NCBI GenBank assembly: GCA_945876185.1
Contig: CAMCMZ010000002.1
Span: forward strand, 92,203-156,202
DNA length: 64,000 bases
Direction: 5' to 3'
Origin: Candidatus Kuenenia stuttgartensis
Lineage (GTDB): Bacteria > Planctomycetota > UBA11346
The position numbers and the translations under genes were made by a program. The notes beneath the pieces are model-generated. The model was not told where the DNA came from, did not search any database, and was given only the letters and a program-made list of their open reading frames with translations. This document shows, piece by piece, positions 38,480-48,362 of the stretch. Within the stretch, counting starts at the first letter, position 1. The number at the start of each line of letters is the position of its first letter.

Positions 38480-39868
38480 ATGCCGATCACCACCGCAGTC
38501 GTCGCTGACGACGAGATCCTCAATCGCGAATTGCTGGCCGAGATGCTGCCGCGCCTGGGGGTGCAGGTGCGCACCGGCAAGGACGGCGTCGCCGCGCTCA
38601 AGGCGCTCGAGGCCGAACCGGCGGATCTGCTCATCACCGACATCCGCATGCCCGGCATGGGCGGGCTGAAACTGCTGCTCAAATCCAAGGAGAAATGGCC
38701 GGAGATGCCGGTGGTGATGATGACCGCCTTCGCCTCCGTCGAATCCGCGGTCGAGTCGATGCGCCAGGGCGCCTACGACTACCTGATGAAGCCGTTCGGC
38801 GTCGAACAGGTCGAGGCGCTGCTGCTGCGCCTCAACGAACGCCAGGGCCTGGTGCGCGAGGTCAAGCGCCTGCGCGCCGAGACCCGCTCACGCCACGCCG
38901 GCCGGAGGATGCTGGGCGATTCGCCGGCGATGCAGCGCGTGGCGGAATTGGTGGAGCGCGCCGCGAAGACCTCGTCGACGGTGCTGATTCGCGGCGAATC
39001 CGGCACCGGCAAGGAACTCGTCGCGCGCGCCCTGCATGAGCAGTCGGCGCGTTCCAGCGGCCCGTTCATCTCGGTGAACTGCGCCGCGCTGACCGAGACG
39101 CTGCTCACCAGCGAACTCTTCGGCCACGAAAAAGGCTCGTTCACCGGCGCCGATGAACAGCGCCCCGGCCGCTTCGAACTTGCTAACGGTGGCACCATCC
39201 TGCTCGACGAGATCAGCGAAATATCGGCAGAATTGCAGGCGAAACTGCTGCGCGTCCTGGAAGAGCGCGAGTTCGAACGGGTCGGCGGCGGCAAGGCGAT
39301 CGCGATCGACGTACGCGTGATCGCGACCACCAACCGCGACCTGCTGGAGCACACGAAGACCGGCCGCTTCCGCGAGGACCTCTACTACCGCCTCAACGTC
39401 ATCCCGATCGACACGCCCGCCCTGCGCGACCGGCGCGAGGACATCCCGACCCTGCTCAAGCACTACCTGGACGTGTTCAGCCGCGAACTCGGCGTGAAAC
39501 CGAAACTCGCGGATGAGGCCGTGGCGCTGCTCGCCACCTACCGCTGGCCCGGCAACGTGCGCGAACTGGTCAACATCGTCGAACGCCTGGTCGTACTCGG
39601 CGGTGGTGGAACCCTGGATGCCGACGCGGTGCGCCGCTGCCTGCCCGAACTCGGCCCCGCAACCACGCTCACGCCAGCGCCGACCAGCGATCTCGATCTG
39701 ACCTTGGAAGAAGTCGAGAAACGCCACGTCCTGGCCGTGCTCGCGGCCTGCGGCAACAACCGGCAACAGGCCGCCGACCGCCTGGGCATCGCCCGCCGCA
39801 CCCTGTTCGACAAGCTCGCGCGCTGGCGCGGTGACGCGCCGGAGGCGGAAGACGCAACGGCAGGGTGA
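38480..39868 (+). CDS. Sigma-54-dependent response regulator (NtrC/AtoC family)
   Basis: Receiver (DD, DIRMP, KPF), GESGTGKE, ELFGHEKGSFTGA, WPGNVREL, Fis-type HTH. Confidence 0.93.
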   Translation: MPITTAVVADDEILNRELLAEMLPRLGVQVRTGKDGVAALKALEAEPADLLITDIRMPGMGGLKLLLKSKEKWPEMPVVMMTAFASVESAVESMRQGAYDYLMKPFGVEQVEALLLRLNERQGLVREVKRLRAETRSRHAGRRMLGDSPAMQRVAELVERAAKTSSTVLIRGESGTGKELVARALHEQSARSSGPFISVNCAALTETLLTSELFGHEKGSFTGADEQRPGRFELANGGTILLDEISEISAELQAKLLRVLEEREFERVGGGKAIAIDVRVIATTNRDLLEHTKTGRFREDLYYRLNVIPIDTPALRDRREDIPTLLKHYLDVFSRELGVKPKLADEAVALLATYRWPGNVRELVNIVERLVVLGGGGTLDADAVRRCLPELGPATTLTPAPTSDLDLTLEEVEKRHVLAVLAACGNNRQQAADRLGIARRTLFDKLARWRGDAPEAEDATAG

Positions 39869-39884
39869 ACCGGGCGGGAAACCT

Positions 39885-40122
39885 CGTCGATGTGGACATT
39901 GACGCTCCATGCGCACGGCCGCCCTTGGAGCGGCGATGTCCACATCGCCGTCGTTGTCGGAGATACCCGTCGATGTGACCGGAGATATCCGTCGATGTGG
40001 ACATCGACGCTCCTTGCGCACGGCCATCCGCCTTAGGGGCGGCGATGTCCACATCGCCGTCGTTGTCGGAGATGCCCGTCGATGTGACCGGAGATATCCG
40101 TCGATGTGGACATCGACGCTCC
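39885..40122. repeat. Tandem palindromic array (BIME-like), about 2.2 units of 105-109 bp
   Basis: cgtcgatgtggacat(c/t)gacgctcc at 39885, 39990 and 40099 alternating with the inverted form g(a/g)gcggcgatgtccacatcgccg. Confidence 0.85.
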
Positions 40123-40135
40123 TTTGGCCCAAGCC

Positions 40136-41029
40136 CTACCGCTTTGATCTCCCTGGCGGTTTGGGCGCGTCGGCGTTCGGTTGAGAGACGAGTTCTTTCA
40201 ACTGCTGCAGCGTCAGGTTGGTGCCGAAGCGCTGATTCAACTGCTTGAGCAGTTGATCGCGGTCGGGCCGGTTGAGCATCGCCTCGATCTGCGCCGGTGA
40301 CAACTGGCCGACGAGTTTCTTGAGGTCGTCGACCCCGCCGTCTCCCGTGGCAGACTTTTTCCCTGCCGTCTTCGGATTCTTAGGCGGCTTCTTCTTGTCG
40401 TCCTTGCCCGCGTCCTTGCCGGAACCGTCAGCGGAATCGCCATCGGCCTTGGCGAGCAGGATCGTCATGTCGTGGGTGCTGCCGGCCGGGTCACGGAAGC
40501 GAACGATCGAGTCGGCGGTGATCGCCAGCAGCGTCCAGCCGCCGATCGCTTCGCCGACAGCCATCGGCTTGGCCTCTTTTTCATTGGGAGCGCGGACCAG
40601 CACCACCGGCGCACGGTTGGCCACCTCGATCAGGCCGACGCAGGTCGGCGCGGACGGATCGCTGCCATCCAGCGACGGCCACACCAACGGCGGCTGCGGT
40701 GGCAGGATGACCACTGTACCCCCGACCGGGGGAGGGAAATTGGGCGGTGCTGGCGGCGCGACCGGCCTGGTGCCGTACTTGCGCGACCGCTCCGGAACCC
40801 GGTCATTGTAGGGAATGAATGGGTTCTCGTTGTTAACCGCGTAGTTGTCGTACGGGCCGATGTCCGGCTTGCTCGCCGCCAGCAGGACCACGGCCGACCC
40901 GTCGATCAGCGGCGCGGTGCGCTGGTGCAACTCGATGGCGGAGATTGTCCAGGCGACGATGGCGACGATGAGCGCCAACGCAGCCACCAGCGAAACCACC
41001 CGTCCGATCTGACCGACACCGGAACTCAT
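40136..41029 (-). CDS. Pilus-locus hypothetical protein, paralog 2 (N-terminal TM)
   Basis: TM helix then PDIGP..Y.VN..NPF.PY and GWTLLAI...RFRDPAGS; coupled to the upstream paralog. Confidence 0.7.
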   Translation of the reverse strand: MSSGVGQIGRVVSLVAALALIVAIVAWTISAIELHQRTAPLIDGSAVVLLAASKPDIGPYDNYAVNNENPFIPYNDRVPERSRKYGTRPVAPPAPPNFPPPVGGTVVILPPQPPLVWPSLDGSDPSAPTCVGLIEVANRAPVVLVRAPNEKEAKPMAVGEAIGGWTLLAITADSIVRFRDPAGSTHDMTILLAKADGDSADGSGKDAGKDDKKKPPKNPKTAGKKSATGDGGVDDLKKLVGQLSPAQIEAMLNRPDRDQLLKQLNQRFGTNLTLQQLKELVSQPNADAPKPPGRSKR

Positions 41030-41736
41030 AACCGGTTCCGGATTGGGGCGATCCCGGACGGCATGCTGGCCGCAGGTCGCACCGATGGCTTGGTCGGGGT
41101 CCGCAAGGATTTCACCGGCCGGGAAGAAGCCTCGCGCAGATCCGAAAGGCCGATCGCCAACTGGTGCTCGCTGCCTGCGGGATCGCGGAAACGCGCCAGA
41201 TTTTCGGCGGAAATCGCAAGCAGGGTCCAGCCCGCGGCGACGTCGCCGATGTTCATTGGGATGGTGTCCGTCTGACCGGTCAGACGGACCAGCAACACTT
41301 GCGGCTGCTGCTCGACCGCGATCACGCCGACGCAGTGCGGGGCACGAGGGTCCTCGCCGGCGAGCGTGGGCCAGGTCAGTGGTTCGACGCAAGAAACCGT
41401 GACGATTGCCTCGTCCTTCGTCGGCTTCCATCGGTCGGCCAGATCCACGCCTGCTTGACCCGCTGCAACCTCGGGCTGCTTCCGGCCAGGATCCTGATAG
41501 GGGACGAACGGATTCAGGCGGTTGACCCGATAGCGGGTGAACGGCCCGATGTCCGGCTGGTCAGCGGCGAGCAGCACCGACGCGCTACCTTCGATCAAGG
41601 TCGGCTCATGCACCCGCTCAACGGTGCGGGGCTGCAGCCACGCCACGACCGCAGTGACCAGGGCCGCCGCGCTGATCAGCACCGCCACCCAAGCCAGACG
41701 CTCGGCTAGCCACCGATGGAGATTCCATGCGCTCAT
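41026..41736 (-). CDS. Pilus-locus hypothetical protein, paralog 1 (N-terminal TM)
   Basis: Same motifs as 40136-41029; ATGA overlaps on both sides. Confidence 0.7.
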   Translation of the reverse strand: MSAWNLHRWLAERLAWVAVLISAAALVTAVVAWLQPRTVERVHEPTLIEGSASVLLAADQPDIGPFTRYRVNRLNPFVPYQDPGRKQPEVAAGQAGVDLADRWKPTKDEAIVTVSCVEPLTWPTLAGEDPRAPHCVGVIAVEQQPQVLLVRLTGQTDTIPMNIGDVAAGWTLLAISAENLARFRDPAGSEHQLAIGLSDLREASSRPVKSLRTPTKPSVRPAASMPSGIAPIRNRL

Positions 41737-42623
41737 GGCCGGGCTCCTCGGGATCCACCACCGCTGGACGCGCTGCCCGACCTGACGACTGGCGCGTTCA
41801 CACCGCGATCCTTGTCGGACAGGAACTGCATCCCGGCGAGGGTGAATCGGCCGGTCAGGATGGGGATGTCATCGCGGCTGGTGCGGTTCGCGCTGTCGAT
41901 GCTCGCGCCCAGAAGGATGACCGGATAGTCCGCCTTTCCCTTCGATTCCGGCGATTCTTCGACGTAGGCGAACTGGTGCAGGATCCAGAGCAGGGTGTCC
42001 AGGCGCGCCTTGATCTCGATGGTCAGGTTGTACTGCCGTAGCAGGGCCGGGCGGCCCGTCGGTCCGTCGAGCTTCCCGCGCAGGTCGCCCAGGACGATGC
42101 TGGTGACCTCATGGATTGGCTCGGGAGTGGTGACCACCGTGGTCATGACCTTGTCGACCAGTTGCAGCATCGCGAGGCTGGCAGGGATGTCTTCGGGTTT
42201 GGGGATGTCGCGCTCGCTGGCGAGGGCGAACCCCAGCATCGGTGGGAAGCCTATGTTCTTCACCTTGGCATGTCCGGCGATCTGGCCTTGGACCTGCTGG
42301 AAGCGGAACAGCCAGCGGGCGCCTGGTTCACGTTCTTCGGCTTTGCCAGACTCGGGCAGGATGCGGAAGTCACGAGTCACAGCGAAACCGGTATTGTCCT
42401 TGAGGTTCTTGATGCTGGCACGCAGCTTCTCATTGGCCTCGGCCTGCTCGGTGATGCGTTTGGTGACCTCCTTGCCCTTGGCACTGCCGATCGGTGGCAA
42501 CTTCTCCACCGATTCGGCGAGATCGGGTTCGTAATACCAGTACAACCCGCCTACGCCGAGAACGAGCACGCCAGCCAAGGTGATCCAGCCATTGCGCAGC
42601 GGAAGTTTGATTTCAGGTGCCAT
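41733..42623 (-). CDS. PilO-like pilus assembly protein
   Basis: TM plus coiled coil plus ferredoxin-like C-terminus; lies directly after the PilM/N gene. Confidence 0.55.
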   Translation of the reverse strand: MAPEIKLPLRNGWITLAGVLVLGVGGLYWYYEPDLAESVEKLPPIGSAKGKEVTKRITEQAEANEKLRASIKNLKDNTGFAVTRDFRILPESGKAEEREPGARWLFRFQQVQGQIAGHAKVKNIGFPPMLGFALASERDIPKPEDIPASLAMLQLVDKVMTTVVTTPEPIHEVTSIVLGDLRGKLDGPTGRPALLRQYNLTIEIKARLDTLLWILHQFAYVEESPESKGKADYPVILLGASIDSANRTSRDDIPILTGRFTLAGMQFLSDKDRGVNAPVVRSGSASSGGGSRGARP

Positions 42624-42629
42624 GGGATC

Positions 42630-44753
42630 TCAACGCGCCGCCTGGATGGCCTGGTCGAGGCTGGTGGGTTCGAAGAAAAGATGAAAGCGGAACTCGGTGT
42701 AGCCCTTCTTGGGCACCACCAACGGATTCCGCGTCGTGGTCTCGACCCGTCGACCCAGATCCTCATCGAAGATCCTAATCCAGTCGATCTTGCTTCCGCG
42801 CAGAAATCCGTTCGGGGGATCCTTCGGCACCTTTATCGGCGTCCATTTCCGCAGGACGTCATAATAGGAGGTGAGGTACTTTTCTATCTCGTCACGATTC
42901 ATCACCACGTCAAACTTCACCTGCCCAGCCACCACTACTGAACCTCGATCGATGGCGGAGTCGGTCCACCTTTGACGGTTGGCGACTCCTCTTGTAGTCG
43001 GTGCTGGCCTTCCCCCAGCCGGGGCCAAAGCAGAGCCCTCGACGGCACTGACCGCACCGTCAACCCCGACCGCCTCGGTTGCAACCCGCGTCACCCAAAC
43101 GTAGTGCGAATCCGGCGCCTCCGCCGCCTCCTTCAACATCCGCACGACGTTAAGAAAATCGCGCCCCGCATAGATCCGGCTCGCGATCGCGCGCAGGTCC
43201 TCGGACAGGGCCTCCTTCTCTTTGTCGAGTTCCTTGAGCTTGGCGAGATTACGCTCGTATTCCTTGACCGCCTCCTGGTGGTTGCGCTTTTCCTGCTCGT
43301 AGGTGCTCTGGCGTTCATAGAGCGCGAGGCCGGCAATGATGCACGCGGCAGCGGCGAGGCCGGCGGCGAGCCAAGGCCAGACCACGACGTCGCGGATGGC
43401 CTCTTTGCGCAGGATGCCGTCGGGGCGCAGGTCGTAGCGTACCGGTTGCAGCAGCTGGCTGTCGACCCCGCCCAGGGCGAGGCCGAAGGCGGCGGCGAAT
43501 TCGTGGGGGCGCTCTGGTTTAGAGGCCTTGCCGGCGAAAGTGTAACCAGCGAACGGGTCCCAGACTTTGACCGGGCATTCGCAGCGGCGGGCGAGATAAC
43601 CGTCGAGGCCGCCGAGTCCGGCGCCGCCGCCGCACAGCAGCACCTTGGCCAGCTTGACATCCTTGACCTTGGCCTGGGCCTTGAACCAGGTCAGGGAACT
43701 GGCGATCTGGGCGTACAGGCCCTCGGCGGCCTTGGCCAGTTCGGGGCCGAGGGTGGTGTTGCCGACCGCGATGGTTTCGACGCCGGGCGGGGCATGTGCC
43801 ACTTCGCCATGATCTTTGGTCTCTGAATCGAGTAAAACTACGAAGTTTTCAGCATCGTCGGATTCATCGACTTGCTCTGCCTCAGCCCCATCACCTTCCC
43901 CGACTTTCCGGACTTGCCCAACTTGCCCGACTTTCCCAGCTTTCCCAACTTTTTCCACCGCATCAGTCACCGCCTCGTCGAGGAATTGACCGAATGGGTC
44001 GTCTTCCGCCATGGCCGGTTGGGTCATGCGGATGATCGAGGTCTTGCCGGACAGCTTCGCCGCCTCGGCCTTGGGCCGGGTCATGCGCGAGGTCACCACC
44101 ACGTTCTCGGTGAAGGTCTCGCCCCCGACCGGGATCAGGCGGCAGGCGAGGAAGCGGTCTTCGCCGACCAGCGACACGGCGGTGCCACCGGCCCCGATGT
44201 CGACCACCAGGGCGAGCTGGTCACCGCTGACCGGACGCGCGCCCGGTTCGGTGAACAGCACGGGATTGGCCATCTCGGCCGCGGCGAAGCCGACGCGCGC
44301 GGGTTCGACCTTGGCCGCGCGCAGGTCAACCAGCAGCGAGTACACCTGCGCCGGCTGGGCGATGGCACAGCAGTGCACGAACTCGTCTGCCGCCGGCAGC
44401 GACATGTGGTCGGCGGCAAGTTCGCTGCCTTCGGCCTGCTGTTGCAGGTCCAGGCGCAGGAGGCGGTTCAGGCGGTCGGGCGGCATCGGTGCGGTGGTCA
44501 GGTACCGCACCAGGCAGTTCACCTCACTCGAGGCCACCGCGATCGTACCGCGCAGAGGTAGCTTGTTGTCGAGTTCGACCAAAGCGGCTTCGAGCGGCTT
44601 GGGCGGCGCCTCGGCCCCGTCCGCGTCGTCGCCGGACATGATGCGCGACACCGTCGCCGTCGCGACGATCTCGATCCGGCCGCGCTGGTGCCGCACCGCC
44701 ACCGCGCGCACGGTGTGGCGACCGATATCCAAGCCGATGACGGTGGCGGCCAC
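42630..44753 (-). CDS. PilM-PilN fusion-like pilus assembly protein
   Basis: IGLDIGRHTVRAV, VVDIGAGGT, VLLCGGGAGL (actin-like PilM), then YDLRP, TM, coiled coil and VWVTRV (PilN-like). Confidence 0.75.
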   Translation of the reverse strand: MAATVIGLDIGRHTVRAVAVRHQRGRIEIVATATVSRIMSGDDADGAEAPPKPLEAALVELDNKLPLRGTIAVASSEVNCLVRYLTTAPMPPDRLNRLLRLDLQQQAEGSELAADHMSLPAADEFVHCCAIAQPAQVYSLLVDLRAAKVEPARVGFAAAEMANPVLFTEPGARPVSGDQLALVVDIGAGGTAVSLVGEDRFLACRLIPVGGETFTENVVVTSRMTRPKAEAAKLSGKTSIIRMTQPAMAEDDPFGQFLDEAVTDAVEKVGKAGKVGQVGQVRKVGEGDGAEAEQVDESDDAENFVVLLDSETKDHGEVAHAPPGVETIAVGNTTLGPELAKAAEGLYAQIASSLTWFKAQAKVKDVKLAKVLLCGGGAGLGGLDGYLARRCECPVKVWDPFAGYTFAGKASKPERPHEFAAAFGLALGGVDSQLLQPVRYDLRPDGILRKEAIRDVVVWPWLAAGLAAAACIIAGLALYERQSTYEQEKRNHQEAVKEYERNLAKLKELDKEKEALSEDLRAIASRIYAGRDFLNVVRMLKEAAEAPDSHYVWVTRVATEAVGVDGAVSAVEGSALAPAGGRPAPTTRGVANRQRWTDSAIDRGSVVVAGQVKFDVVMNRDEIEKYLTSYYDVLRKWTPIKVPKDPPNGFLRGSKIDWIRIFDEDLGRRVETTTRNPLVVPKKGYTEFRFHLFFEPTSLDQAIQAAR

Positions 44754-44763
44754 GCGGGGGTCC

Positions 44764-47130
44764 TCAGCGGCCGGTCGGACGCGTGCGCGTCGGAGTTGAT
44801 TCGGGGGCCTTGGCTGCTGCCGCAGCCTTTTCTGCCTCCTTCGCCGCTGCGGCGTCCTTCACCGCCTGGGCGTCGCGCGCGTCCGGCGGCAGCACGATCT
44901 TCACCGTGTCGCGCAGGGTTTCGATCTCGTCGCTGACCTCGGCCCCGGTGGTGTCGAGCAGCGTCGCGCGCACGGTGATGATCAGATTGGTGCGGGTGGT
45001 GGTGTCGGTCTTGCGGCGGAAGAGCACACCCAGCACCGGCAGGCGCGACAGGCCCGGCGTGCCCGAGGTATTGGACTCCTCGTGCTCGCTCGTGAGTCCG
45101 CCCAAGACGACAGTCTGCCCGCTCTTCACATTCAGGCGGGTGAACAGCTTGCGGGTCGCGAACTCGGGCGGCGAATCAATGGGCGTGATCACGGTTGAAC
45201 TGTCGCCGGAGGAGGTGCCCTGCTGGCGCTGCGGCGCCCGCACCATTTCGGTCACGGTCGGGCTCACGGTCAGCGAGATGACATCGCCATTGCGAGCCAC
45301 TGATGGGGTGATGTCGAGGGTGATCCCGGCCTTGGCGGTGGCGAAGGTCGGCACCAAGGCGTTGTTCGACTGGAAGGTGACCGAGCCGGTGCCGCTCGAG
45401 GTCACCGGCTGGTTGATCGCCTGGTTGTTGTAACCCGAGATATAGACGATGTCCCGCGTGAGGTCGATAAGACCGCGCGCGTTGGACAACGTGACGATCG
45501 CCGGCTTGGTCAAGGTGTTGGCCTGGCCCTTGGTCTCGAGCGCAGCGATCTGCATCTGGAACTGGCCGTAGTGCTTGGAGTCGTAGATGAGCTGGCCAAG
45601 GATGCCGGTCGACGACGAAGCGACCGCGCCACCCCCGATGGAAAATGGGGTTGTCGGCACCGTGCCATAAGGCGCCGGGCCTGAGAACGACAGGGTATCC
45701 GTCCCGATCTTGGCCGTTCCCCCGGTCGCCAAGTTCACTCCGAGATCCTTAAGGCCCTGGTCGGTGATCTCGATGAAACACGTCTCGATCTTCACCTGGA
45801 GCGGGTTGTAATCCAAGGCGGCCAACAGCCGCTTGAGTTCGCTCAGCGCCCACGGCGTGGTCTTCACGAACAGGGTGTTGCTCTTGCGGTCGAGGTGGAA
45901 TTTCCCTTCGCTCGGCCAGTTGACGATGATGTTGGGCACTTCCTTGAGGAAGCGTTCGAGGTCACTGTTGGCGCCACCGCCGTTTCCACCCCCCGCACCG
46001 CCGCCACCTGCCGGCCGCGGCGGCGCACCACCGCCGGGAATGGCCGGATTGTAGGGCGTGTTGGGGTTCGTCCCCGCACCGGCACCGCCGCCGCCGCCAC
46101 CACCGCCGCCGGTATCGGAAACGCCCATCGCCGCTGCCGCCGTCACATCGACCAGGCCGGACTGGAGGACGATCTTCTCGGTGACCAGAATGTCGCTGTC
46201 AGCCGAGGTGATGAACACCGAGTTGCCGCGATAATTGTAGGTGATCTTCACCATCTTGGCGATGGTGTCGAGCGCCTGCTCGATCGTTTCGTTGACCAGG
46301 CTGACGCTGAGCGTCTCGTCGCTGATCGCCGAATCGAGGATGACGTAGTTGATGCCGGCGAGGGCGAACAGCGGATCCAGCAGTTCCCGGATCGCGACCT
46401 TGTTGCCCTTCAGGGCGGGGATGCGCTCCTGCAGTTTGGTGCGCATCTTCAGGCGTTCGGCCTCCTGGATGTCCTCATCGAAGATCCAGACCTTACGCGC
46501 GACCCGGGGCTTGTCGTAGGGCCAAATCGCACTCTCGGTGGCCTCGTTCAGGCCGCGTTCGCGCCGGATCGCCTTTTCTTTGAAGAGCGCTTCGCGTTCA
46601 CGTTCGACCAGGACGTTGAGCAGCCGGTATTTCATCCGCATCGCCGCCGGTTCATGCGGGTGGTCGCGCAGGATGGCGTTGCAGCCGTCGACGGCCTCGG
46701 AATAGCGGCGCTGGGCGATTAGGACCTCGACCACATCGAGCCGGCCGGCGACCGAGCGTTCGCTGCGTGCCTTGGCTTCTTCGTAATCCGGGCCGCCAAC
46801 CAGCAATTGCCTGGAATCCGCCTGCTGCGTCAGCAGATCGCGGATCTCGGCTTCAAGCGCCGACACGCGCGCAGCGATCAGGGTCTGCTGCGCCAGCTTG
46901 TCCTCGGGATGGGCGGCGCAGTACGGTTCAAGCAGGATGACGGCCTCGCGCGATTTGCCGCGCGCCATGAGCGAGGCGGCGAGCGCAGCCGGTTCGACTC
47001 CCCCGTTGGCTGGCGTGATCGCGGGTTCGCCAGCAAAAGCCGGCAGGCCCAAAGCCGGAGCCAGGACCAGGGCCGCCAATCCGGCGACCAACCGCGCTGG
47101 CCGACGGATGCGATGGAAATGCTTGGCCAC
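44764..47130 (-). CDS. Secretin (PilQ/GspD family) with N-terminal TPR-like region
   Basis: QVKIETCFIEI, AGITLDITPSV, VKSGQTVVLGGL, PGLSRLPVLGVLFR, NLIITV; GTG start after a GGAGG RBS. Confidence 0.88.
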   Translation of the reverse strand: MAKHFHRIRRPARLVAGLAALVLAPALGLPAFAGEPAITPANGGVEPAALAASLMARGKSREAVILLEPYCAAHPEDKLAQQTLIAARVSALEAEIRDLLTQQADSRQLLVGGPDYEEAKARSERSVAGRLDVVEVLIAQRRYSEAVDGCNAILRDHPHEPAAMRMKYRLLNVLVEREREALFKEKAIRRERGLNEATESAIWPYDKPRVARKVWIFDEDIQEAERLKMRTKLQERIPALKGNKVAIRELLDPLFALAGINYVILDSAISDETLSVSLVNETIEQALDTIAKMVKITYNYRGNSVFITSADSDILVTEKIVLQSGLVDVTAAAAMGVSDTGGGGGGGGGAGAGTNPNTPYNPAIPGGGAPPRPAGGGGAGGGNGGGANSDLERFLKEVPNIIVNWPSEGKFHLDRKSNTLFVKTTPWALSELKRLLAALDYNPLQVKIETCFIEITDQGLKDLGVNLATGGTAKIGTDTLSFSGPAPYGTVPTTPFSIGGGAVASSSTGILGQLIYDSKHYGQFQMQIAALETKGQANTLTKPAIVTLSNARGLIDLTRDIVYISGYNNQAINQPVTSSGTGSVTFQSNNALVPTFATAKAGITLDITPSVARNGDVISLTVSPTVTEMVRAPQRQQGTSSGDSSTVITPIDSPPEFATRKLFTRLNVKSGQTVVLGGLTSEHEESNTSGTPGLSRLPVLGVLFRRKTDTTTRTNLIITVRATLLDTTGAEVSDEIETLRDTVKIVLPPDARDAQAVKDAAAAKEAEKAAAAAKAPESTPTRTRPTGR

Positions 47131-47285
47131 GTGGGAACCTCCGCTCAGCGCTTGTTCGAATGCGAGTACATGAACATGGGGAGCCTTCGCAAACGTATTG
47201 TTCCCGGTCGGCCGGGGCGTACCAGTTCGTGTACGCAGCGAACCGGCCCGATGCCCGGTTACCTGCCCCCATGTGGAGTCCCTCA

Positions 47286-48362
47286 ATGTCGAACCGCACC
47301 GTCCTCTACCCGCTTCAGGTCGCAACGGGTGGAAAAATGATCGATTTCCACGGCTGGACCATGCCGGTCCAGTTCAGCGGCATCGCCGCCGAGCACCAGG
47401 CGGTGCGCACCGGCACCGGCATCTTCGACCTCGGCCACATGGGCCGGCTGCGGATTTCCGGCGCCGGTGCGCTCGCGTTTCTCGCCCGCCGGGTCTGCCG
47501 CAAGCTCGATGACCTGCGCGACGGCCAGATCCGCTACGGCCTGGTTTTGGCCGCCGACGGCACGGTTGAGGACGACGTGCTGGTCGGACGTGAATCCACT
47601 GATTCGTATCATGTCGTCGTGAATGCCTCGAATGTTGAGAAGATCGTCGCCTTGTGGCGACCGGAACTTGCTGGCGACGTGCGCCTCGACGACCTCACCG
47701 CGACCCAGGCCATGGTCGCCGTGCAGGGCCCGCAGGCGGCGGCGCTGCTCAAGCGCATCGGCCTCGACCTGGGTGCGACGCGCTACTACCACTTCACCGA
47801 CGTCGCCTGGCGCGGCACCACGGTGCGCCTGTCTCGCACCGGCTATACCGGCGAAGACGGGGCCGAGTGCTTCCTGCCCATGGACCGGGTGTGCGAACTC
47901 TGGACCGCGCTGACTGACGCCGGCGCCACGCCCTGTGGCCTGGGCGCGCGCGACATCCTACGGTTGGAAGCCGCGATGCCGCTCTACGGCAACGAACTCG
48001 ACCGCAGCGTCACCCCGGTCGAGGCCGGCTTCGATTTCGCCATCAACCGCGCTGGCGGCTTCATCGGTGCCGAAACTGTGCTGGCGCAGCTCGCCAACGG
48101 ACCGGCGAAGAAGCTGGTCGGCCTGCGCCTGCGCGACCGCCGCGTGCCGCGCACGCATTACCCGATCGTGAAAGACGGCGCGGTCATCGGCCAGGTGACC
48201 AGCGGTACGCTCTCGCCCAGCGTCGGCGCGGCGATCGGACTCGGATACGTCGACAGCCGTTTCGCCGCCGTCGGCACCAGCCTCGACATCGACATCCGAG
48301 GCGCGATCTGCACCGCCGACGTGGTGGCGCTGCCGTTCTACCGCCGGGCGAAGCCAACCTAG
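47286..48362 (+). CDS. gcvT: Glycine cleavage system aminomethyltransferase T
   Basis: FHGWTMPVQF, FDLGHMG, SRTGYTGEDGAE, GLGARDILRLEAAMPLYGNEL. Confidence 0.93.
   Translation: MSNRTVLYPLQVATGGKMIDFHGWTMPVQFSGIAAEHQAVRTGTGIFDLGHMGRLRISGAGALAFLARRVCRKLDDLRDGQIRYGLVLAADGTVEDDVLVGRESTDSYHVVVNASNVEKIVALWRPELAGDVRLDDLTATQAMVAVQGPQAAALLKRIGLDLGATRYYHFTDVAWRGTTVRLSRTGYTGEDGAECFLPMDRVCELWTALTDAGATPCGLGARDILRLEAAMPLYGNELDRSVTPVEAGFDFAINRAGGFIGAETVLAQLANGPAKKLVGLRLRDRRVPRTHYPIVKDGAVIGQVTSGTLSPSVGAAIGLGYVDSRFAAVGTSLDIDIRGAICTADVVALPFYRRAKPT

Noticed and set aside
39885-40122. Possible CRISPR array
   Set aside because: The intervening sequences are near-identical rather than unique spacers, there are only three repeats, and no cas genes are present.
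47131-47285. Glycine riboswitch upstream of gcvT
   Set aside because: No GGAGA/CCGAAG/CTCAGG aptamer motifs seen; the region is short and shared with the divergent secretin gene.
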